From NCBI GenBank assembly GCA_020137815.1, contig CM035352.1, forward strand, positions 6,634,001-6,698,000: a stretch of DNA of 64,000 nt. Direction: 5' to 3'. Shown one piece after another: positions 1 to 20,855 of this stretch. The first letter of the stretch is position 1, and each line of letters starts with the position of its first letter. A program made the translations under genes and the position numbers. The notes under the pieces were generated by a model. The model made no database searches and had not been told where the DNA came from. It worked only from the letters and a program-made list of their open reading frames with translations. Source of the stretch: Hormiphora californensis. Taxonomy: Eukaryota > Animalia > Ctenophora.

Positions 1-401
1 TTTTTGCGCGCCCCCGGTTCGCATTATTAAAAGTCGGACTTTAAAAATTCGTTCAGCGCGGCGCGCCACAAAATTTCTTTTTTATTTCGCAAAAGTCAAA
101 TCAATAACGCGCACGCGCATATCCATGCCGCAGCGTAAAGACATAATTTGCACACCATACTCCCAGGCTATTGATTTGGCTATTGTGACATCTAAACACG
201 GTTTGTTAGGCAATGTAATAATTTAGTTAGCTAAAACACTCGAAACTTGTTACAAAAGGATCTCACACCCTCACTATATCGGAAAAATAACAGTTCTCCT
301 GTTACTTTCCAACTCCCTAAACAAAAACAGCTCTTTCAGTATCGAGGTTATATATGTGTATCTGTCCCCAAAACGGGACCCTCATACTACACATCATCTA
401 T

Positions 402-3400
402 CTATGGAGAATGGATTCCATAGGTCATGGAATCGGAACCTCGGATCCTGGTTCCATCCATGTCGGTGTAGATAGTATTGAACATCTCATGGGTATCCAG
501 CTCAGGGGACTCCCGAGCAAACTTGGTTGCCTCGTCAACCACTTTCCTGCATTCCCCATCAATCTCCTGGGAAAGAGTGAGGGTGGAGAAACAGTTGTAT
601 ATTTGTTGCATGATGAGGCTAAAATTGAGGGGGGATGATGGTGTGGCTCACACCGCATTGTATTAATTAATACTTCAAGGTAATAAGAGATACCATCGAT
701 CTGATTGTGCACACAAAACACGGTCACTAACCTTGAGCTCAGCTTCAGTGGCAAGTTCTCCCTCAATCATCATACTCTTCACCAGAGTGATGGGATCCTT
801 CGTCTTCCTGACCTCCTGGACCTCGTCACGGGTCCTGTAGCTGGTACCGGGGTCACTCATACTGTGTCCGTAGTACCGGTAGGTCTCTACCTCGGCAACA
901 ACGGGGCCCTGTTACGGAGGGGAAGGGGAGTTAGTTGGGTGGAGTTAGTTGGGCGATGGGGTTAGTTGTTATGGAGAGAGTAAGTTGGGAGAGGGTATTT
1001 ATTGGGGCAGGTTTAGGGCTTGTTATTGAGTGAGAGGTTATGACAAGGAATGGTGAAATGAAAGGGACAATCATCATGTTGTTTGTCGGGTTTCTTCATT
1101 TCAAAAAGAATAATCGTTTTGGTAAAATTTAAATAATAAATTCTATTCTCATCTGTTTACAACCAAAAAGTAAAAAATGTTCTCATTTGATTAACATTCA
1201 AATGTTCAAGCGCCAAACACAGTAATTTCAGTGAACTCCAGACAATTATCATCAGACTCTGGCTGGATAAAGACAATCCCACTCCCAGTCATCCCTCCAC
1301 ACTCAATTGTATAGGTCTGACTGGTGATGGAACTACCATCTCTCACCGATATCACCCCACAGAGCTGCATCTTTGCGGGGCGTAGTGAGATGAGAGGTTC
1401 CTTTTTGTTTGTCGCAGGGCGAGGCGGTGAGAGGGGTTCCTTCTTGTTTGAGATAGGAGCATCATCACGCTCCTTCCCCCCAATAACATAAACCAGCACT
1501 CCATCCAACCTCCACCTATTGTAATTCAACTTCCCGTTAATCACCACGACCTTGTCAACACTTGTCAGTGGGTTGATGAAGTGATACTTTAACCAGTGTG
1601 TCTCTCCCTCACACTGAGTGTGACTAGAGGTATTGGTGTCACCGTCCACCGCTAGAGCAGCCTCTCTACCTCCCCATGTTGAGGATTGCTCAACTCTGGT
1701 AGCAGGTATGGGCATGGAGATCTTGAGGGTTTTATCCTCTTCGTACACCTCTATCTCCCGGAGTTCTAGACAGGTAACTACAGGTTGGGAGAGGAACACC
1801 CCAACACCCTTCTCACCCTCACAATCCATCTCATAGGTTTGTGATTTGACTGTGGTGCCTTCTCGCACCTCAATTGCGTTGTTATCGCCGCACCTGTTCA
1901 TATGCCCATTATTACCGATCACGAACACTTCAGTCCGATCCAGTCTGTTCAACTTCCCATTAACTACCACCACCCTACCAACAGAGTAGACACCTCTAAA
2001 CAGGTATTTGTACCACTGTTTTATACCTGAACACTCCGTCTGGCTGGCTGTCTCAAGATCCCCATCCACGGCCATCTCGGCTGTTTTAGTCTCAAACGTA
2101 GTGGATTGGAGGACTAGAGCAGCAGGAATTAGGGTACCAGTACCGTCCCCCGTTCTTTCAACAGAGCACATGTTACATGATTTAGCACAATTGAATTGGG
2201 AGAATGCCGGGTTCTCCCCACAACCACCACGTGCAGCCAGGGAAGCACAGAACGGAGATTTGTCGGAGCAACACTGGACAGTGGAAATGAGGACAAGAAA
2301 TACTATGAAATGTAACATTTTGGGGATGGGTCAGAAATGAAGGATCGGTTGTGTGGCAGGTGCTATATTTATACACTGCTATCAAAACATTTCTTGGCAG
2401 AACTTGGGCGAAAGGGTATCATGTGTTCATGTTAATATATTCTTATTCTAACGGATAATTTATTGTTCTATTCGCATGCCACATAGTTCATTTTTACACG
2501 CTGATGTGAAATCTAGGAATGCACAAAATATTCAGGAGAGATAGTTAGAAGCGGGTAGGGGGAGCAATGTTGCCGTTTCTACATCTCTCCAACAGCTCTC
2601 TCCCTCTCTCTCCCATCAGCAGCTGCCACATGTCCCCCCACAGTTCTCTCTCATCCACGCTACATACTTGCTACTGCTACTACAATACCCGTTCTGTTTG
2701 AAAGAAGGACAATTAGCAGCATGCTCTCTATTATCCTCGCACGTCCTCCCTCCATCACAATGACCACAAGTTTTCATACAATTCTCCTTCATAAAAACAG
2801 AGTATTTCCCTGTGCAGTATCCACTATCCTTCCACCCACGACATTCGGTGCGCTTGTCAGCACACGTTCCTCCATCATTATCATCATCTCTATCATCATC
2901 ATCTTGCCGACCAGAGGAGACACACTGTCGACACGTTGCTGGACAGTTATCCGACATGAACTTGACATACTCTCCCGAGGTACAGAACCCATTATTCCTC
3001 CACTCAGCACATTTTGACCGGTGATACTTGCTGTTGTCAACACATGTACTCTTGCTCTTGAGAATCTGGACCCTGGCCCACCAAGCACCCTGGCCCAGTC
3101 CACATACCAGCCTTCCTCGTTTCATCTTCAAATACCCCCGTTCACCCCAGTCAGCGCCCCAGGAGTTTTTGATTTCCCAAGAGTACCGATCATATCCTGT
3201 AGTTATCACAATATGACCCTTGCCAGATAGACGGCCCTTACACCCATTGTAGAGACCAGACCGATACGCACAAGTTACAGATTGCTACCCTGATATCCGG
3301 GGGACGATCCCAGGCATCAGGGCACGGCGCGTTCCTGCATGCCCGGCCATCATGATGCCCGGGCACGCAGATGGTTCTGTGTGAACCATGTGACATTGCT

Positions 3401-6400
3401 GCGCGTCACGTAAACTGAATGGAAAGTAGTACTCACGCGCACCGTCAGCACTCACTTGCTTCCCGAGCTTGGGAACTGCCGAGCTCGGGAACTGATGCCT
3501 GGGAATCTCTAACTGGTGCCTTAGGAATACATGTCCTGTGATATCTCAAATCTAGTTGCGATAGGACCTTGTTGCAGCTGTTTTATCTGCTCGCTCTCGG
3601 ATTTGGAAACTGAGATCTTCGTGTTCCAGAAACTATCATAACTCTTGATTTTGAAGACGCCATCCAAGACGTTGTTGTAGGTGTCCGGCCGGCAATACCC
3701 ATCCTTAGCTGAAACATAATCGCATTAAAACACACTAGTTAAGCGACCATTGAGAGAAAGCACTTTAGTATATTTTTGAGGCAGTACAAGTTACCTTTGT
3801 ATTGGGCATGACCAGCAGCCCAACCAACTCCATTTTTCTGGAACCACCGCCACGGCATGTAAGGGAGCCCTCCCTTGCAGCCATTATATCCCTTCTTGTG
3901 TTGGTACGAACAGTCAAGGTAGACCTGCTCAGCTAGGGGAAACCTCCTTAAAGTTGCCTTGGTGTAGAAGAATTCCAAGATTCCAGTAGCGCCAAACGCC
4001 CAACAGCTTCCACATTGCCCTACAAGAAACATAACATTTCGAGATTATCACTTGACTCTTGTTAAGAATCACGTGATGCCCATATATGGCCATAAAACTA
4101 ACCCTGGTTTTTTACAGGTGTCATGTGACTCCTCCAGGAGGCAGACGAAGCATATCCTAACACCTCACTACCCGGGGGTCCAGTTACCACATCTCGCACA
4201 GTAAAGTTTTCTGCACTGCCACCACCCAAATACCGATCTCTCTCCTCATCACTCATCACAGTAAAGGAATTAACACCAAGCTGGTAGCCAGAATCAGAGC
4301 TGGCCAGGTTGTGGAGTTTTATCTTGTTGTAGTTGTGAAGAAAGGTGCGTTTCCGTTCTGCTCCTACAGCATCAGACCCCAAACCCTGTCTCACCTCCTC
4401 CACATCACTATAAGCTGCTAGATATAGATTGTAGGCCTCACTAGCTGAGGCAGCATTGACTATTTCATCTTTAGTTGTGCCGTTCTTGATGTCCTCCGTA
4501 AGGGGTGTTACAGGGGAGAGGAGGAGGTAGAATAACAAACAGAAATATAGCATGATCATGTGAAAATGTAAGACAGGGACGAATATGAGGGAGATAAGTA
4601 AACAATATAGTTCTGTGTGGGAAATATGAACTAGGCAAATGCCTCCAGCCGGAGCGTTATCAAAACAATTATCATTGATCTGTCGAACCCTCGTAGAGCG
4701 ACACAAAACTATCCCACACTCATGATACCAATTTATCTCATTGAAGATCGGAGATTGATAAAGAAACGATACGATTTTCTTAACTAATGACCAGGCACCG
4801 GCGTGTGTATTTCCTGCGTGTGACACGAGGAGGGCCACCCACTCATGCATCCTACACACATCAGTCATTTTCCCACGGTTACAGCCCCTGCGCGCGATTA
4901 GGGTTGCGTGCGACAAATGCTAACAGTGAAAAGTAGCCGAAGGAGAAATATCGCGCGTTCCATCACAAATCAGAGTTGACTCAATTAGGTCCCTTCCTTG
5001 CACCTGATTGGCTGATTCCTGTTTTCACTTTGAACAAAAAAGTGACATATAAAAAATATAAGTCTCACGGGGTAACAAAATGTGATTTTGATGATGTAAA
5101 ATGCACCAACCGGGATTCGAACCCGGGTCGTAAGAATGGGAATCTTACATGCTACCCCTACACCATTGGTGCGGATGGGTGATGGACGATTGGGGGGAAT
5201 TTATACTGGAATAAAGCATGGAAATCGTGAGCTGAAAACGCAAAGACTGGGGGGGGGGGGTCCAGCCCTAAAAAAAGCTAAGCTAACGGCCAAAATCAGG
5301 GTACCTTTAGCTTTTTTTTAGCTTTTTTAGCTTTATTTAGCTTTTTTTAGCTTTTTTAAGGCTAAAAAAAGCTAAAAAAAGGCTAAAATTGAGTTATTAG
5401 TGGATTCGTATAGGTTCGAATCCCGCTGACGCCAAATTTTTTAAACTTTTATTATAACGTTTTATAACGTTTTTTGAACTTTTTTAAAACTATTTTTATC
5501 AAATTTGAATAATATTTTTATCGAAAAAATGTCTCCAGAAAATGGCAGTAGGGGTGGATACAGAAATTGCTATGTATGGACATAAACGGTAGATTATGGT
5601 AAAACAAGAATTATTGCATTATGTATTCATAATGCTGTGTTTCCCTGCCCTCCCGTTTCACGTGTCACTGTCAACAGGATCAAGGCTTGGTTATAATGTA
5701 ATGTGAGATGCATACGATCTAGCTGTCAGTATACTTCTCACATAGCTTAGTTTACTCACATGACACTCGCTAACCAGCTTTTGACATTCCAACTTAACTA
5801 CTTATCTAACCTCTCACACTCGACTCGCAAGATGACAATGTGTATGTAACACGCGAAACACGCGGCAGCGCTATTCATGTTTTGTTGAGTGGCGCGCGCA
5901 CACGTCCATGAAACTGTGCCATAGTAAGTTTTGATAAAGGAGCAACTTGTTGTTGTGCGCGCGGCTCAGTTGCTACGCTGAGTACACCGGGTGGTACCGG
6001 GTTGCCCCTCGCAACGAAAGTGTGACCAAAATGGTCCCTCTACCGATTAGTTAGTATACCAAAATGTCGTTTTCGAATTCTAACCCTGCTATGCCTTTTT
6101 ACAAAGTAAAAAGGCATCCGGGTGGATGCCTTCGGCATCCACCCGGGCAGGGAAAAAATGTGCAGGAAATGAACAAATGCAGTCAATAGACGTCCGGAAG
6201 GATGAAAATTTAATGGAAAAGTGTCAAGATGAATGCTGAAAAAACATAAAAAGTAGGGCTAAAAAAAGCTAAAAAAAGTTAAAAAAAGCTAAAAAAAGCT
6301 AAAATAAAAAACGCTATCGACCAAAATCAGGGTACCTTTAGCCTTTTTTAGGGCTGGACCCCCCCCAAGATTTGATAATATGTACTTACGTTTCCTGCCC

Positions 6401-8096
6401 TCATCCAGTCGGTGACATGTTTGGTGAATTCTCGAACAGCCAGTACGTTCATTCCATCCATCTGACGGGGGTGGTGGGTGTTAAAACAAGGGACGGGGTT
6501 GTTAAACCGAGGGACGGGGTTGTTAACAATTGGAGAGGTGACAATGGTCACACATGTCACGAGGAGCACCTCTTTCAGTGGACAAAACAATGCCAACAAT
6601 GCCAAACAGTAAACACACACGGCATTGATCAGTTCATTGTTGTCCATTTAACAACAAATTTATATCAAAGCTTTCTCAAAAACACAAACACTCCATCACC
6701 CTCACCTTAATCCCAGGTACTGCATCTCCCCTTGTGTAGTAGTGGGGGTTAGCAGCCGCCCTAACATCGCTGGTTCCCATTCCATAGTGGTTGTTCTCAC
6801 AAGTGAAAAGACAGGGAACCTTGAATAGGGCTGCCAGGTTGTACGCCTCAAACACCTGAGAAAAGTTGTGTAGCTCATATTGGTAAGAGACTAAGGAGTA
6901 ATTGAATAGAGAAGAAGGGGTCTTTCGAATTTCAAGATACCGCGATACATACAACTATAAAAAAAAAGAGGTATCAGCATTCAGCTTATCAACATCTCCA
7001 TCCCAACAAAAAACTCTAAGATTTCTCTGAGTTATCTCCCTCTCAGCCCCGCTCTAACACGTTGACGTACCTGTCCCTGGTTGGCAGCTCCATCTCCATA
7101 CAGTGCAATGCACACCTTTCCATCATTCTTGAACTTGTGCCCAAAAGCAATACCAGCACCCACAGGAACCTGGGCCCCCACAATGCCGTTACCTCCAAAT
7201 AGGGTCTCTGTGTACATGTGCATACTACCACCCTTTCCCTTCTGGCAACCTCCACTCCTGCCTGGGAAGGGGAGGAGGGTGTTAAACAAAGACAGTCGTT
7301 TAGTGATTTGTTAGCAAAGGGGCCATGCTGATTCTCTCTGTGTCGTTCCAATTTTAGCCTCGAAGAAGAAGAAGATTTGTTAGTTATATCAAGGCTCCTA
7401 GGCAGCATTATCACCTGTTAGTTCAGCTAGGATTGAGTCAGGAGATAGACCCCGGGTATAGGCCCAACCGTGGTCCCTGTAAGCAGTAATGATACTATCC
7501 TCTAGGGTGATTCCAGCCTCCATACCGACACACACTGCCTCTTGACCACTAGGAGAGATTATATTAGTTTTACATTTTGATAGTTTTACATTTTGTAAAC
7601 TAGATAAGAGAATGAAGCTTGGACTTTCATGCTGTCTGCAAGCACAAGAAAAAGGGAAATCTTTCATGAATTCCAAACCTGTAAAGATGAAGGAAACCTC
7701 GGATTTCCTTTGACTTGTAGAGGGAGTTGGCACTGGTTTCAATCTTCCTAATCATTGACATATCCTTGAAGTACTTCAACCCTTCTTCCCTGAAGAGACA
7801 GATTGGTTATAATCACACTAGTATTTCACGAGACTGAACAAGTCAAATATCATGGCATCTTTTGGTAGGAATACCGGGAGGTGCTAAACACACACACACA
7901 CGGCATCTTTGTGGAATGTGGAGCTACCCCAACCCCCACCTACCCCATACCTGGTAAGAGTTGCTGTTTTCGGCAGATCAATATCAAACTTGTGAAGCTC
8001 ACAAGTGGGTAGATCAAATGTCGCCTCACTAGCCAGAGTCCTGGTTGCTATGGAGCTCCCTCCCTTAGCAACACGTGGTACCAGTTGCCTCAACAT
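402..8096 (-). CDS. PDHA1: Pyruvate dehydrogenase E1 alpha subunit, 8 coding exons (7951-8096, 7679-7789, 7415-7548, 7071-7261, 6706-6855, 6390-6461, 732-908, 402-566)
   Basis: GT-AG exons join into [76 protein letters not shown]; N-terminal mitochondrial-presequence-like peptide. Confidence 0.97.
1206..2318 (-). CDS. Secreted ShKT + two F5/8-type-C (discoidin/fucolectin-like) domain protein, intronless, nested in PDHA1 intron 6
   Basis: Signal peptide; ShKT Cys pattern [18 protein letters not shown]; two repeats with QS(T/S)T..A..AVDGD..S(Q/H)T.C; TATA-like TATAAATA (minus) ~50 nt upstream. Confidence 0.85.
   Translation of the reverse strand: MLHFIVFLVLISTVQCCSDKSPFCASLAARGGCGENPAFSQFNCAKSCNMCSVERTGDGTGTLIPAALVLQSTTFETKTAEMAVDGDLETASQTECSGIKQWYKYLFRGVYSVGRVVVVNGKLNRLDRTEVFVIGNNGHMNRCGDNNAIEVREGTTVKSQTYEMDCEGEKGVGVFLSQPVVTCLELREIEVYEEDKTLKISMPIPATRVEQSSTWGGREAALAVDGDTNTSSHTQCEGETHWLKYHFINPLTSVDKVVVINGKLNYNRWRLDGVLVYVIGGKERDDAPISNKKEPLSPPRPATNKKEPLISLRPAKMQLCGVISVRDGSSITSQTYTIECGGMTGSGIVFIQPESDDNCLEFTEITVFGA
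2616..4559 (-). CDS. Papain-family (C1A, cathepsin L-like) preproprotease with three C-terminal ShKT domains, nested in PDHA1 intron 6; exon 3 interrupted by a MITE (possibly a null allele)
   Basis: Exons 4103-4559, 3795-4019, 2616-3708. Signal peptide, ERFNIN-like [27 protein letters not shown] (Cys), GHIVITTGY (His), KNSWG (Asn), three CxxTCxxC-ending ShKT units. Confidence 0.88.
3267..3521. mobile_element. ~255 bp MITE inside the cathepsin coding exon
   Basis: Imperfect TIR cgcacaagttacagatt / aatctctaactggtgcc; subterminal IR cccaggcatca/tgatgcctggg; TA on both sides; removal restores ...DMYS-YRSGLY... Confidence 0.8.
5102..5172 (-). tRNA. tRNA-Gly (CCC)
   Basis: GCACCAA/TTGGTGC acceptor stem, GTAAGA-TTCCCAT-TCTTAC anticodon arm, GGTTCGAATCC T-loop, TTTT terminator immediately downstream. 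Confidence 0.95.
5249..6366. mobile_element. Non-autonomous TIR element (~1.1 kb)
   Basis: Ends gggggg-tccagccctaaaaaa(a)gcta / tagccttttttagggctggacccccc; subterminal tttagc/gctaaaa arrays; ccaaaatcagggtacctttagc near both ends; no clear TSD. Confidence 0.7.
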
Positions 8097-8488
8097 GATC
8101 TAGCTAACTTTGGGAGATAAAGATAGTTAGAGAGGGGTTGTTGTTAGAATTCAGTGAACACAAGAGATATGAAACGATCCAGAAACACACAAATAACCGG
8201 TATAAGATATATTTACACACAAACTTAAATACTACTTCAAATAAAACATACTATTAAAGGTGTCAAATAATACAAATAAACGGCTTCAGACATTCCTTTA
8301 TCTTTTCCACTCATTAATTTTCTTCACTTATTCATTTTAACAACACTTATTCAACTCCCACTATCTAATTCGGGCCACTATATATCAAGTAGTACAACAC
8401 TAATCCTCTTTATAATTATCGTTATCAATAACCCTCTCCTCTTTATCACACTTGATAAGCCGCTTCCTCTTCCCTCCTGCAGTTGTTG

Positions 8489-16610
<8,122 letters not shown>

Positions 16611-16794
16611 GTATCACGGTACTACTAAGACATTACTAAAGTATCAACTAGTGTCGATTTGATGTCAGCGAAAACATTCAATATAGAAACAGATACAAAA
16701 TACTTTTGAAGCAAAACTCAAAAGAATCAATCAATATACACTGCACAACTAAACCCCACAAAAAAGAAACACAAAACATGCAAATATAACTTGA

Positions 16795-18889
16795 CTAAAA
16801 GACATCACCAGTTATTCTCCGTCTCAGTGCTGCATTCTTATCAGTGTTCTGAAACAGCGCCCTAGCTATGTGCTGAATCTCTGCAGCCCTGAATACCTCC
16901 GACAACTCCCCACTCTCCCAATTTTCCACAATTTTAACCAAACTGTCCTCCATCAGGGACGGTAGGAAGGTAAACCGTGTCCAAGGTACTGTATCCTCAA
17001 CCCTCACCCTCTCTAACTGCTCTCTTAGCAGAGTAAAGTTGTTAGCTAGACAGGTACTGTGTTTTGCACTGATGTCCTCTATTTTCAGGCAATCAGAAGT
17101 GATAAGGGTAAGGGTGGTATCTAGAGTTCTAGTTATCAATACCTCATATCTAGAGGTTGGTAGCCACTTTTTCCAAGCGGAACTATACTCGTTTATCAGC
17201 GCTATAATTTGTACAAACACCATCTCAATCACCTCACCGTGGTTCTCCTTCCCTTGTCCATCCAAACCCCGAGTTTGCCGGAATAGATTGCCAATCTTCT
17301 GGTGAAGTGTCGTGTAACACTGCTGCAACATTGCCCCACCACTGTTCCTCAGTTCGATAGAAACAGAGAGAGATTGTTGGTAAGCCTGTGCTGGAAGGCC
17401 GTGCTTGTGTTCATTTGTCGTCCAGAAGAGCTCGTGATACAAGTACCACGTGTCGCAGAAATATCGAGCCACACTGGCTGGAGATTCGTCGGGGTCAAAT
17501 TTCCTAAAACACTCCATGGTGAATAACCGAGCAAGAGTAGTTGCGGAGCTTACCTAGAACATCTTTAGCGGCATCACTCAGTTCACTCTGGGACGCCTCC
17601 CTTAAGAATCCTACCAATCAACTCCATTAACTGGACAACCCTGTTTGAGATGGGCATCTCTCCGAGACGGAGTGAATTCTCTTGTTCTGGGTAGGATAGG
17701 GTGAGGGGAGAACACGGGTCGGAGGGTGGAGCAGGGGGCTCACTTCTCTGCCTCAGAGGTAGGACCTTGGTGACAGAGGTACAGGGTGCCGGGTCAGAGA
17801 GAAGAATGTCCCTCCCGGCTGTGTAACAGGAATCTTTATACTTTTCAGCGAATAAGGTATGGTGATCGGCGAGGTATGGCGCGAGTTGTGGGGAGTACTC
17901 CGGGTGGATCTCCCTTAGTTGGTCCTCGAAATTAAGGAATGGGAGAACGGTTGTGTTTTTGAATTTGTTTAGATCAGATATTTCGCTGGGTAGAGCAGGA
18001 AGGATGACATCTGATTTCAAGGACGTGATCAGTTGATCAAGAATATCCGACCAAAATATGTTTCTGAAGGTTTGCTGAGCGGGCAGAATGTCCGAGTCCA
18101 GAGCTTTGAATAACATTACGATGCCATTCAGATACCCATAACGCTGTTTACCCGCTGACTGAGTAACAGCTTTTCCAGGGCTCACTGCCACTGTTTTTCC
18201 GCCTATGATGCATGGAGCAAGAAGGTTATTGTAAATATCACTAAAAAACTGTTTAGCTATTCTTGTTATCTCTCCCCATTTCACCACCTCCAGCACCGCG
18301 ATATTATTGGTAAACTTCTCCTTGGTAATTCCGGGTGTCCAAGTGAGACACTCCCCCTCAATACAACCTCCCCACTCCTTCACTTCCTCCACAATCCCCT
18401 TCACCCGATCCTGAATCCGTTCCTGGAGGTCTGCCAGAACATCTGGCACCTGACCCCCAACACACATCTCCCTGACCCTCCCCTCTGCTTCCTTCAGCTG
18501 GACCGCCTCGGATAACAAGTCCCCGCACTCACTACTATTCTCTAATATCTCGTGCACCCGACACACTTGTTGCAGGGTAGCTATCATTGACTCACTCTGC
18601 AACATACTGTTCATCAGCGCCTTTTGGGTGTCCTCCGTGCTGACAATTGGGATCTCTAAATCACGTGATACGTGATCTTGTAATTCTGAAACCTCGGTAA
18701 GGAAGGAGGTGAGTTCTCGGTAGACCCCGTTAGTCTCCTCCATTACCCCCTCATCACATTGTGACTCTGTTGTGATTTCAGCAGCTAGGACAGATAACTG
18801 GGAGTTGATAGAGGTAATGACGGAGTCTAAGGAGGATAGGTCAGTGACATCAAGTTGAGGCCCTCAGCAGGGAATCAATTACTTTCCAT
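16795..18889 (-). CDS. ZW10: Centromere/kinetochore protein ZW10, apparently intronless, with several apparent 1-nt insertions
   Basis: C-terminal CLKIEDISA, MEDSLVKIVENW..G.L..F.A.EI..IARALFQNTD.NA.L; YFCDTWYLYHEL; the frame breaks at ~18860-18883, ~17600 and ~17554 are repaired by deleting single bases. Confidence 0.82.
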
Positions 18890-19208
18890 TATACTGAAAT
18901 TGATGGATGGTTGTACAATCAAAACAATAAAGGGGGCCGGGGGCCTGGGGTTGGAGGGGTGAGGTTGGGGGTTTCAAATATCAAGATAAAACGATTTTGC
19001 GGGGAAATATCTCTCTAGACTTCAAAACATTTACAGATAAAATATCACAAAAACCTAAAAAGCTACAAAAATAAAATGATAAAACGATCCACTGATATTT
19101 TTGTTGACAAAAACATTCCGATTACATACATGCGTATCAACCGGATATACACATAATATTGTATCTAACCACTCCAGAAATCGAAAAACATAAAATTAGC
19201 CTGTCCTT

Positions 19209-20289
19209 CTAACACATCTGACTGATGGGCCTATCTGAGAGACCCGCTGCAGCATCAGAATCAAGGAACCAGAACTAGAGTGCCCATCATCAGTTTTAAC
19301 TTTACCAGCCGGTGTTTTAGGCTCGTCACACAACGATTCAACCACTTTTTCTACTTTCGAAGCTCCTATAAATAAGGTTTCAAATTATAAAATAGAATGA
19401 TCTGTGAACGGTATAATGTATTGTATTTGAAAATAATGAGATGAGAATACACATGATTACCTGTAACAACAAACACGATATTCCGGGATTTTGCCAGAAG
19501 AGGATAAGTCATAGTGATACGAGATGAAGGGGGTTTAGGGGAATCAGTAATGGGTGCAATTAACAGATCCCTCTCCTCTAGCAGGGGGTGGCCGGGAAAC
19601 AGAGAACAAGTATGACCATCAGGTCCCATTCCACACAAGGCTAGATCAAGTCTGAGAGAAGGGAGTCGTTTCTTCATCTCTCCCTCGTACTCCTTGGCAG
19701 CATGGTCAACAGGAAAAGATGAGTTGATCTTGAGAATCTGCCAATCCGGTATAGAAACCTGAATAACAAAAGTTCATGTATTAATATTTCCAAATTTGTA
19801 TTTACATTTTACAAATTCGAACTCCGATTTACCGGGATGCTCGGGGGTTTTGCTCGGTAAATTGAGCTGCCGGTAAATCGGGGTATGACAGTACATGGAA
19901 ACATCTTACCTCTCCGAGTAGAACGTTAGAAAGAGCCCCGTAGTTGCTATCCGGATGGTCATTACTGACATACCGCTCATCGCAAAAGTAAACCCACCAC
20001 TGAGTCCAATCAATATCGGCACGCTTACTCAGACCCTTCAGAAACTTAGGCAGGCTTCCACCACTAACCGCAACATGGAAGGAACCTCTATTTTCCACAG
20101 CTTCTTTGTACCTTGGAATGTATGATTGTTTAGTATTTCAACAAACTGTGAGTGTGGTCATCAATTTTAACAAGATTGCTAGATAATCTCTCAGGACTCG
20201 ACGAACCTATCATAGACAAAGGAACATAGCCGTTTTGACAGCTCCACATTGTCGGGGAATATTTGGACCATCGCAGGCTGTGGTGACAT
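19209..20289 (-). CDS. PGLS: 6-phosphogluconolactonase; exons ~20207-20289, 19910-20111, 19461-19758, 19209-19365
   Basis: VAVSGGSLP, YFCDERYV..DHPDSNY, LCGMGPDGHTCSLFP, DSPKPPSSRITMT, VFVVTG, WFLD (last exon needs two 1-nt corrections). Confidence 0.93.
19824..19886. mobile_element. Short degenerate MITE of the CCGATTTA TIR family
   Basis: ccgatttaccgg...ccggtaaatcgg inverted ends, related to 12938-13774. Confidence 0.6.
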
Positions 20290-20855
20290 TATATCCGGTC
20301 AGTTGATCCGCTAAAAAGATAGATCTATTAACAAAGTGGTACTTACCAATAAGGTCCTCAACTTGAGGAAGATACAATTAAATGATATTTTAAGTTTCAT
20401 GTATTAGCCCGATGGCCGATAAAGTCCGTACAATGCATGCAATACAACATGGTAAGACCTAAGGGACCATTCACGACGACACTGTATAAGAATATTATAT
20501 GAACGAAGCAATGCAGCAAGCAAACGACACAAACATTGAGTCAGGTATTAGCTTACCGTGAGGAGTAACAACAACTCTACTGACTACTACACTAGGTATT
20601 AACAAGCAAGTTAATTATTTTGAGTTCGGACTTTGGGAGAAGTAAACAGCTTTTGTTTTATTGTATTTATATTTGATAAAGATACTAAAAGTAAATAAAA
20701 TGTAAATGAAGTCAAAATTCGTATAAACCTGTATAAACATAAAAAGCTCTCAAAAAACTACACTGATAATAACTGATAACTACAATACACACTATTTATA
20801 AAAAGTTCTACATAATAAATGTCTAAGTCATATTTTATCTTGAAAACTGGTGTTC

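Noticed and set aside
20600-20626. Weak SL-like word (caagttaattattttgag)
   Set aside because: Short, AT-rich and lacks the CAACACTACT core; likely chance
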